From positions 12,498 to 76,497 of the IMG/VR virus record IMGVR_UViG_3300043414_001288: DNA of 64,000 nt; one strand, 5' to 3'. The translations under genes and the position numbers were made by a program. Of the stretch, positions 31,901 through 38,103 are shown one piece after another. Every line of letters starts with the position of its first letter. The first letter of the stretch is position 1. The notes beneath the pieces were generated by a model. It was not told the DNA's origin. It did no database searches and was given only the letters and a program-made list of their open reading frames with translations. This stretch comes from a virus. Taxonomy: Duplodnaviria > Caudoviricetes.

Positions 31901-32600
31901 TAATGATACCTACAGTACTATTAAAGTTAGTAATAGTACCAGCAACACCAGTAATATTGGTAATGATACCTACAGTACTATTAAAGTTAGTAATAGTAGC
32001 AGCAACACCAGTAATATTGGTGATTATACCTACAGTACTATTAAAGTTTGTAATAGTACCAGCAACACCAGTAATATTGGTGATTATACCTACAGTACTA
32101 TTAAAGTTAGTGATTGTTGCAGCAACACCAGTAATGTAAGTAATGATACCTACAGTACTGTTAATATTAGTGATTGTTGCAGCAACACCAGTAATATTGG
32201 TGATTATACCTACAGTACTATTAAGTTTGGCAGAAGTAACTATTCCACTAAACTTACCATCACCTTCAATCCAAAGTTTAGACGTTGGATTTGTGGTCCC
32301 GATACCAACCTTTCCAGCAATATAAGTATCACTATCTACCTGAAGAAGTTGCCCCGCAGTTCCTGTTGGAGTGCTATTATATGAATAATTTGAATCATTT
32401 ACACCAATAAAGACAGTTCCTGGACCAAGTGAAGTGTCACCAGTGATTTGCATACCACCAGTAACATATAATGAACTATTTCCAGCATTTGTCGTTCCAA
32501 TACCAACTTTACCAGTTACTTGAACGACTGTATTGCCTTCAGTATAAGATTTTATACCTACTTTAAGCTTAGATTGTCTGCCGCTAAGGAACTGTGTCAT
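25989..32600 (-). CDS. Giant tail fibre dominated by 19-aa repeats (T-I-T-N-F-N-S-T-V-G-I-I-T-N-I-T-G-V-A/G)
   Basis: 2203 aa with three repeat blocks and GIGTTNP fibre motifs. The C-terminal IDSF..RTAEYTIYVQ..QAQKVLLMQNG domain recalls cyanomyovirus fibre ends. Confidence 0.75.
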   Translation of the reverse strand: MTQFLSGRQSKLKVGIKSYTEGNTVVQVTGKVGIGTTNAGNSSLYVTGGMQITGDTSLGPGTVFIGVNDSNYSYNSTPTGTAGQLLQVDSDTYIAGKVGIGTTNPTSKLWIEGDGKFSGIVTSAKLNSTVGIITNITGVAATITNINSTVGIITYITGVAATITNFNSTVGIITNITGVAGTITNFNSTVGIITNITGVAATITNFNSTVGIITNITGVAGTITNFNSTVGIITNITGVAATITNFNATVGIITNLTGVAATITNINSTVGIITNITGVAATITNFNATVGIITNLTGVAGTITNFNSTVGIITNLTGVAATITNINSTVGIITNLTGVAATITNINSTVGIITNITGVAGTITNFNSTVGIITNITGVAGTITNFNATVGIITNITGVAATITNFNSTVGIITNITGVAATITNINSTVGIITNITGVAGTITNFNSTVGVITYITGVAGTITTFNSTVGIITNITGVAATITNFNSTVGIITNLTGVAGTITNFNATTGIITNITGVAATITNFNSTVGIITNLTGVAATITNINSTVGIITNITGVAATITNFNSTVGIITYITGVAGTITDFNSTVGIITNITGVAGTITNFNSTVGIITNITGVAGTITNFNSTVGVITYITGVAGTITNFNSTVGIITNITGVAGTITTFNSTVGIITNITGVAGTITNFNSTVGIITNITGVAGTITNFNATVGIITNITGVAGTITNFNSTVGIITYITGVAATITNINSTVGIITNITGVAGTITNFNATVGIITNITGVAGTITDFNSTVGIITNITGVAGTITNFNSTVGIITNIAGTNLNYTGISTLGITSATDLTAQQLNVSGVSTFGNTINHNSSLFQTNQTSYTLLNTNATNISGFGSATSISIGATTGISTINNAKIILPNAIAVGIGTTNPTSSLWVQGDGKFSGIVTSTTLNSTVGIITNLTGVAGTITNFNSTVGVITYITGVAGTITNFNSTVGIITNITGVAGTITNFNATVGIITNITGVAGTITNFNSTVGIITYITGVAATITNINSTVGIITYITGVAGTITDFNSTVGIITNLTGVAGTITTFNSTVGIITNITGVAATITNFNSTVGIITYITGVAGTITDFNSTVGIITNITGVAATITNFNSTVGIITYITGVAGTITNFNSTVGVITYITGVAATITNFNSTVGIITYITGVAATITNFNSTVGIITNITGVAATITNFNSTVGVITYITGVAATITNFNSTVGIITNITGVAGTITNFNSTVGTITNLGGTNLNYTGIGTITNISNTNIDSSGIITASRFDSTIVHGTAPISVASSTLVSNLNVEYLNSQLGSFYQNASNLNAGTVSADRLQTSNSFTVFGNLDITGNISVGGTTAIFAVASLQVKDKDIVIGITTDAFGNDISTDNTANHGGIAIASTEGSWLVPLQKAGINSLPETYKQFMWVKNGTYGVGTTDAWITNQAIGIGSTLVPTGVILSVGGVQVTDTKVTAITGSFTDINSTVGIITYITGVAGTITDFNSTVGIITNITGVAGTITNFNSTVGIITNITGVAGTITNFNSTVGIITNLTGVAGTITTFNSTVGIITNITGVAATIININSTVGIITNLTGVAGTITTFNSTVGIITYIAGVAATITDFNSTTGIITNITGVAATITNINSTVGIITNLTGVAATITNFNSTVGIITNITGVAATITDFNSTVGIITNLTGVAATITNFNSTVGIITNITGVAATITNFNSTVGVITYITGVAGTITNFNSTVGIITNITGVAATITNINSTVGIITNLTGVAGTITTFNSTVGIITNITGVAGTITNFNATVGIITNITGVAGTITNFNSTVGIITNITGVAGTITNFNATVGIITNITGVAGTITNFNSTVGIITYITGVAGTITNFNSTVGIITNITGVAGTITNFNSTVGIITNITGVAGTITNFNSTVGIITYITGVAGTITNFNSTVGIITNITGVAGTITNFNSTVGIITNITGVAGTITNFNSTVGIITYITGTNLNYSGISTLGIISATDLTAQQLNVSGVSTFTNGPVFIGGGTSTGTLGQVLQVSGINSSVYIGGNLGIGSTNPTTPIQVEIYGVKTGVGTFSASVGVSTDIDSFSISSINFRTAEYTIYVQSANSIQAQKVLLMQNGTNAYSQEYGIMFEPSLIVSVGATVSSGMCKLLFTPESGVSGLVTYRFSRETMI
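26560..28110 (-). repeat. 57-bp coding tandem repeat, block 3 (~27 units)
   Basis: Same unit as block 1. Confidence 0.9.
28790..29790 (-). repeat. 57-bp coding tandem repeat, block 2 (~17 units)
   Basis: Same unit as block 1. Confidence 0.9.
30140..32222 (-). repeat. 57-bp coding tandem repeat, block 1 (~36 units)
   Basis: Unit like GATACCTACAGTACTATTAAAGTTTGTAATAGTACCAGCAACACCAGTAATATTGGTAAT with degenerate positions. Count estimated from span/57. Confidence 0.9.
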
Positions 32601-32609
32601 TTTAGGATA

Positions 32610-32951
32610 TTAGTTTAGTGTTTCTAGAATACTTGCGATAAATTTAATACTAGTTGAGTCACTTGCTGACAGAACAAGAGTATCACCAGATTCAAGAACT
32701 AATTTTCCAGATAAAAGATTTGCTGTATCATTTCCTGAAATTGGAAAATTCCTTAAAATTTCAGTAGTTACAGCAACACCAACAGAAGTTCTTCTGTGAT
32801 AAAAAGATATATCATGACTATTTGAATCAATATTTGTTGCCTGTGACAAAAGAATAACACCAGTATATCCAACGGGTGCAGTATAAATTCCAACTTGATT
32901 TGTAGTTCCGACTCTTGTAATCGTTTTAAATACGTTAAGTGCTAATGCCAT
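32610..32951 (-). CDS. Small beta-rich virion-associated protein
   Basis: 113 aa, tightly packed in the late operon. YTAPVG..VILL..ATN and KLVLESGD.L motifs. Confidence 0.6.
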   Translation of the reverse strand: MALALNVFKTITRVGTTNQVGIYTAPVGYTGVILLSQATNIDSNSHDISFYHRRTSVGVAVTTEILRNFPISGNDTANLLSGKLVLESGDTLVLSASDSTSIKFIASILETLN

Positions 32952-32958
32952 CTTTTTT

Positions 32959-35900
32959 TTAACCTCCGAGTGCGAGAATGAATGGTGTCATTGTTGAGAA
33001 CAAACTCTTAGAATAGAACCTACCAGAAATTGTTCCAGTTTGCTGATTAATTGCAACACCATCACCAATTCGGAAATTACCAGATTGATCCGTACTTGTA
33101 TAAACAACCAATCCACCATTACGACCATCAGTTTCATTATCTTGAATTGGAACTCCTCCAGTAGAAGGAAGACATTTAGCAATTTCAGTTCCAGAACCAA
33201 TATATTCAAATGAATGCCCAGATGCTAGTACTCTACTTTGTTTAAAGAAAGGAACAGCAGTTCCAACACCTAGAGCATATGGAAGATTTTCATTTACAGT
33301 AATTGTATAAACATTATTAGAAATTGGTGTAGACCTTAGAACTGAATAATAAGTGGGCAATAATTCAATTGATGCCGTTGCTGTATTTATTCCAGCATTT
33401 GGAGAAGAAATTGAAACTTTTGGAATTGAGGTATATCCTCTTCCACTCGAAATAATTTCAAATCCAGTAACTGAACCATTAACAATTGTTGCAACAGCAG
33501 TTGCCTGAACGCCCCAGTCAGTTGGTGGTGGGTCAATTGTCACAACTGGTGTAGAAATATATCCAGTTCCACCAGAACCAACAACAACTTTATTTACGGT
33601 ATAATACAAATCACCAAAATAAACAACTTGTCCATCAAATGGTCGAATTACATTAATTTTTGCTGTTCCAGTATTTGGAACATAATTATGTACTTGAGTT
33701 GCAATGCCAACATTTACTGTAAATACAGTACTTGAAGTAGAAACTTGAGGCAGTCCAATCAAATTTCCTTTTCCAACAAATGTCGTAATAATTCCAACAA
33801 GATTATCAATATTGGTTTTAACATCCGCACAAGATGCTGGGTCATTATTAGACCCAGTAAGTGGATCTACTGCTAATGTAAGATTTTTTACATTCAATTG
33901 ATTGTTGATTGCAAGTTTCGAATAATCACGAACTGCATGAAATGCTGTAATTGATTGTGCTTCTTCTCCAACCAATCCATAAGAAATTGGTACACCATCT
34001 TTTGTAAAATATGATTTTGTTGCCTCAATAATACTTTTATTTGTATATTTCTTAACATCAGAAGCAACAGCATCTACAATATATCCAATGTCTCTTTTAC
34101 ACTTTAATTGACTAGATAAGAAAGTACCATTATTTAAAGTAATATTGTTTAATGTAATGAGATTTCCAGCAGAAATTGCTTGAGTTGCAATTCCGACAAG
34201 AGTATCAATTGTATTTCTTACATTCGTACAAGAATATGGATTTGTATTTGAAGTAGTTCCAATTCCTGGATTTGGATCCGAAGTAATTGTAAAATCTTTT
34301 ACATTTAACTGATTTGTAATTGCTTTCTTGGCATAGTCACGAACACTATGAAACGCATAAACTGATTGGATTTCTTCACCATTTAATGACCCAGCTGCGG
34401 AACCAGTAAAATATTGTTTTGTAAAATTGATGATATAAGAATTACCACCAGTAAATAAATCAGTAGAGACAGCATCTACAAAATAACCCAAATCTCTTGC
34501 ACACTTATTTGTAGTTGATATTCCAAGATTTTTCGTAGGCAAAGAAGAAGTACTTGCAGAACCTATAACTGTAGTAACAATTCCAACTATTGTATTGATT
34601 GTACTCTGAACATCAGTACAAGAATTTTGATTTCCAGATGGATCTACAGAAATATTTCCTCCACCACCATAAGTAGATGGACCAGAACTAATACCAAGAT
34701 TTTTAGCATTTAATTGATTAGTAATTGCTTTCTTGGCATAATCCCTTAAAGAATTAAAAGCATAAACTGATTGTTGTCTTTCGCTTGTGCCAATTCCAAT
34801 TGGTGTAGCACCATTAAAATACTGTAGAGTAAATTCTCTTGCATAATTATTTCCACCAGTAAATACATCAGTCGCAAGTGCATCAACTAAATACCCAAGG
34901 TCTCTAGCACACTTATTTGTAGTTGTAATTCCAAGATTTATTACAGGCAAAGAAGAAGTACTTGCAGAACCTATAACTGTAGTAACAATTCCAACAAGCG
35001 TATTAATATTGCTTTGAACATCAGTACAAGAATTTTGATTTCCAGATGGATCTACAGAAATATTTCCTCCACCACCACCATAAGTAGATGGACCAGAACT
35101 AATACCAAGATTTTTAGCATTTAATTGATTAGTAATTGCTTTCTTGGCATAATCACGAACAGCATTAAAAGCATAAACTGATTGTTGTCTTTCGCTTGTA
35201 CCAATTCCAGTTGGTGTAGTACCATTAAAATACTGTAAAGTAAATCCTCTCGAATATGCATTACCACCAGTAAATACATCAGTCGAAAGTGAATCTACCA
35301 AATAACCCAAATCTCTAGCACATTTAGTTCCACCTGTTGTAAAATTTCCAAGATTTGTTACTGGTAATGATGAAGTATTTCCGGCACCAATCGTAACAGT
35401 TACAATTCCAACAAGTGTATTAATATTTTCTTGAACATCAGTACAAGCAGTTATATCAGTATTTAAAACTGAATGAACTCCTTGCCCGTATCGAATAGGT
35501 CCACTACTAATTCCAACTTCTTTATATGTAAGTTGATTGGTAATCGCAGAAGTTATTCCAACTCTTACTTGTCTAAAAGCATAAACTGATTGAATTTCTT
35601 CACCAAGCAATCCATTTGAAATTGGATTTCCAGCCCCATCAAAGTATTGAAGAGCAAATTGTTTTACATAATTATTTCCACCGGTAAATACATCCGCAGA
35701 AACTGCATCAATAAAAAATCCTAAATCTCTTTTACATTTAGATTGTGTAGAAGAAATTCCAGGATAAGCATTTGCTGTTGCTGTCCAAGCAATTCCAATA
35801 ATTTCATCTTTATTGTTTTGTATTAAACGATAAGCATCATAATATCTTGAACGAGAATTTGTTCTCGCATCTCCTGGAAAATAAAATGTAGAAAATCCAA

Positions 35901-37458
35901 CAGCAATTGTTGCAAGTGATTTGTCAATAATTTCTTGCTTATTGATTTGTATCAAACGAGAAGCATCATAATATCTTGAACGAGAATTTGTTTGAGTTTC
36001 CCCAGGAAAATAAAAACCAGAAGGAAATCCAACAGCAATTGAAGCAAGTGATTTATCTATAAGTTCTTGTTTATTGATTTGTATCAAACGAGAAGCATCA
36101 TAATAACGATTTTGATTATAAGGAACAGGGTCACTGGGAAATCTAAATGCTGACGGAAATCCAACAGCAATCGAAGCAAGTGATTTGTCTATAATTTCTT
36201 GCTTGTTTTGTTGAATTAAACGATAAGAATCTTTATAACGATAAGAAGCATCACTTGTAGAATCACCAGGAAAGATAAAATCTGGATAATTAATCGCAAT
36301 TGATGCAAGAGATTTATCAACAATTTCTGTTTTATTTGCGGCAATTAAATTCCCAGCATCTACATATCTTCCGGGAGCAACTGTTTTAACTTCAAAGATA
36401 TAACCATTTTTTCCATTAGGATAATATCTAGTTCCTGGTTCATAAGAACAAGTAAATCCAAGACCAGAAAGAGTAATACCCATTCCAACTGAAAAGTTAT
36501 GTGGAACAGAGGTGTAAGCTTTTAAAATTCCTGTTGTATTATCATATGAGGCATTTGTAATATTTAAAGTTGGTACACTCAAATCTAATACAAAAGTATC
36601 AGCATTTGACTCGGCAGCATATGTAACTATTCCAGTATATTTAAGTGGCCCAACACCTTCAGCAACTAATCCATAATTCCCAAATGATGAGTTGGAGTTT
36701 GTTAAATCGCAAGCAGACCCACCTCCACAATATACTGCAACATCATCACAAATCGTAAAGAGAGAAACCAACTGAGCATATCCCTCATTTGTCATCGAGG
36801 CACCGACACCCCCTTGATTATATTGAGTATAACTATCAAGAACCATCGACTTTAATGGTCCAAGTGCGATATCTCCATCGACTTTCAAACCAATACTATT
36901 CGGAATGAAATTTGTACAGTTTTGAGTATATGGAGAATGTTCAATATATCTTTGATTGATTGGATCAAATGCAACTACTGCATTTCCATTAAAGGATGGT
37001 CCAACAAAAGACATTTGTGCGATATAACAACCAGAACCAACATGAAAAAGGTCAGTATCAAGATTTTGTGGTTGAACTGATACTTCTCTTAAACTATCTC
37101 CAATAACACCTACAGTATCGGGAAGTACGATTGGATTATTCTCTATATAATTTCCAGCACTAACCTTAATAACAGTTCCTGCTGTTGCTTCTGCAATTGC
37201 TCCTCTGATTGTTGCTTTTGCGTCTCCGAGTTTTCTTCCTGTGTTTGTGTCTTTTCCATCTTTTGTGACATATAAAATATTTGTAACTTTAATTCCTGCA
37301 CCTAATCTAATAATATCTGTGCCAATTCCAGACCTTTCTCTTTTAGCAAAAAGATCTGCATCATAAGTATTAAGTGCTAATTCTCCTAAATTAATATCTG
37401 CTACTGTTGGTTCTTTTCCAGGTACAGCAGATCTTTTTATCCTGATAGGTGTGGACAT
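32959..37458 (-). CDS. Tailspike/fibre-like virion protein with a pectin-lyase-like beta-helix and five inserted phycobiliprotein-like units
   Basis: 1499 aa. N-terminal IRIKRS..GELALN fibre attachment motif and ILYVTKDG..AKATIRGAI..VIKVSAGNY beta-helix start. Five KC(A/K)RD(L/I)G(Y/F) units. C-terminal ASGHSFEY.GSG is shared with the 2042-aa protein. Confidence 0.7.
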   Translation of the reverse strand: MSTPIRIKRSAVPGKEPTVADINLGELALNTYDADLFAKRERSGIGTDIIRLGAGIKVTNILYVTKDGKDTNTGRKLGDAKATIRGAIAEATAGTVIKVSAGNYIENNPIVLPDTVGVIGDSLREVSVQPQNLDTDLFHVGSGCYIAQMSFVGPSFNGNAVVAFDPINQRYIEHSPYTQNCTNFIPNSIGLKVDGDIALGPLKSMVLDSYTQYNQGGVGASMTNEGYAQLVSLFTICDDVAVYCGGGSACDLTNSNSSFGNYGLVAEGVGPLKYTGIVTYAAESNADTFVLDLSVPTLNITNASYDNTTGILKAYTSVPHNFSVGMGITLSGLGFTCSYEPGTRYYPNGKNGYIFEVKTVAPGRYVDAGNLIAANKTEIVDKSLASIAINYPDFIFPGDSTSDASYRYKDSYRLIQQNKQEIIDKSLASIAVGFPSAFRFPSDPVPYNQNRYYDASRLIQINKQELIDKSLASIAVGFPSGFYFPGETQTNSRSRYYDASRLIQINKQEIIDKSLATIAVGFSTFYFPGDARTNSRSRYYDAYRLIQNNKDEIIGIAWTATANAYPGISSTQSKCKRDLGFFIDAVSADVFTGGNNYVKQFALQYFDGAGNPISNGLLGEEIQSVYAFRQVRVGITSAITNQLTYKEVGISSGPIRYGQGVHSVLNTDITACTDVQENINTLVGIVTVTIGAGNTSSLPVTNLGNFTTGGTKCARDLGYLVDSLSTDVFTGGNAYSRGFTLQYFNGTTPTGIGTSERQQSVYAFNAVRDYAKKAITNQLNAKNLGISSGPSTYGGGGGNISVDPSGNQNSCTDVQSNINTLVGIVTTVIGSASTSSLPVINLGITTTNKCARDLGYLVDALATDVFTGGNNYAREFTLQYFNGATPIGIGTSERQQSVYAFNSLRDYAKKAITNQLNAKNLGISSGPSTYGGGGNISVDPSGNQNSCTDVQSTINTIVGIVTTVIGSASTSSLPTKNLGISTTNKCARDLGYFVDAVSTDLFTGGNSYIINFTKQYFTGSAAGSLNGEEIQSVYAFHSVRDYAKKAITNQLNVKDFTITSDPNPGIGTTSNTNPYSCTNVRNTIDTLVGIATQAISAGNLITLNNITLNNGTFLSSQLKCKRDIGYIVDAVASDVKKYTNKSIIEATKSYFTKDGVPISYGLVGEEAQSITAFHAVRDYSKLAINNQLNVKNLTLAVDPLTGSNNDPASCADVKTNIDNLVGIITTFVGKGNLIGLPQVSTSSTVFTVNVGIATQVHNYVPNTGTAKINVIRPFDGQVVYFGDLYYTVNKVVVGSGGTGYISTPVVTIDPPPTDWGVQATAVATIVNGSVTGFEIISSGRGYTSIPKVSISSPNAGINTATASIELLPTYYSVLRSTPISNNVYTITVNENLPYALGVGTAVPFFKQSRVLASGHSFEYIGSGTEIAKCLPSTGGVPIQDNETDGRNGGLVVYTSTDQSGNFRIGDGVAINQQTGTISGRFYSKSLFSTMTPFILALGG

Positions 37459-37480
37459 TTATCGCATTCAGTATGTACCA

Positions 37481-37505
37481 AAAAGGGACGGTATAATCCG
37501 TCCCT
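37481..37505 (-). terminator. Intrinsic terminator-like hairpin
   Basis: 8-bp stem AGGGACGG / CCGTCCCT with a 6-nt loop, followed by a T-run on the minus strand. Confidence 0.6.
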
Positions 37506-37539
37506 ATTATTTAGTATTCTTATTTAAACACTATTTTCA

Positions 37540-37728
37540 TCATTCAATTTCTTCTGGTTCTTCTGATTTATTTTCTTCTTCAATTACTATTTGAAGTGCT
37601 TCGATTGCACCTTGAATACGAATGAACTGTTCTTTTTTTGTATTAAAATCTCTTTCAATTTCTAAGAGTTCCTTTTGAAGATTTGTTGCTTGTTCAGTCA
37701 GATTATCAAGCATTTCTTGCGATTTCAT
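37540..37728 (-). CDS. Small coiled-coil protein
   Basis: 62 aa heptad-rich LTEQATNLQKELLEIE..LQIV. Confidence 0.6.
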   Translation of the reverse strand: MKSQEMLDNLTEQATNLQKELLEIERDFNTKKEQFIRIQGAIEALQIVIEEENKSEEPEEIE

Positions 37729-37755
37729 ATGTATAAAAAATAATTACGATTTTAT

Positions 37756-38079
37756 TTAGGATTGTTGTTCTTGGGTCTTTTTCATAATCTCATCAAACTT
37801 TTCATTCATCCAAGTTTCTTCATTTTCATTCCATTTTTTTACAGGGCAACTATCCAGAGCAAATGATACTTTAGAAGGAAGAAAGCATCCACAATGTTTA
37901 CATCTGGTTTGAGCATCATCATACCATTCACAAGTTTTACAAGTTTCCAATCTTTGTGCTTGCACTTCAGCAGAAACTATAAGTGCTCCACCTTGAAGTG
38001 CATTTTTAATCAAATCAAAGCTAAACTTTGCTAGGTTCTTTCCTTGTTCAGGTAAAGAAGGATATTGAGTTTCAGTCAT
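37756..38079 (-). CDS. Small Cys-rich (putative metal-binding) protein
   Basis: 107 aa with RLETCKTCEW..RCKHCGCFLPSK....SCPVKKW. Confidence 0.65.
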   Translation of the reverse strand: MTETQYPSLPEQGKNLAKFSFDLIKNALQGGALIVSAEVQAQRLETCKTCEWYDDAQTRCKHCGCFLPSKVSFALDSCPVKKWNENEETWMNEKFDEIMKKTQEQQS

Positions 38080-38103
38080 AACGATTTTTGAGTTTCGTTT
38101 TAT

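Noticed and set aside
26560-32222. Regular 57-bp repeats as a CRISPR array
   Set aside because: Units are contiguous with no unique spacers, keep an open frame (19 aa) inside a 2203-aa CDS, and no cas genes are present.
26941-32325. Plus-strand ORFs such as MIPTVLLKFVIVPATPVILV... (e.g. 31297-32139)
   Set aside because: Antisense shadows of the 57-bp coding repeat, with no promoter or independent coding signal.
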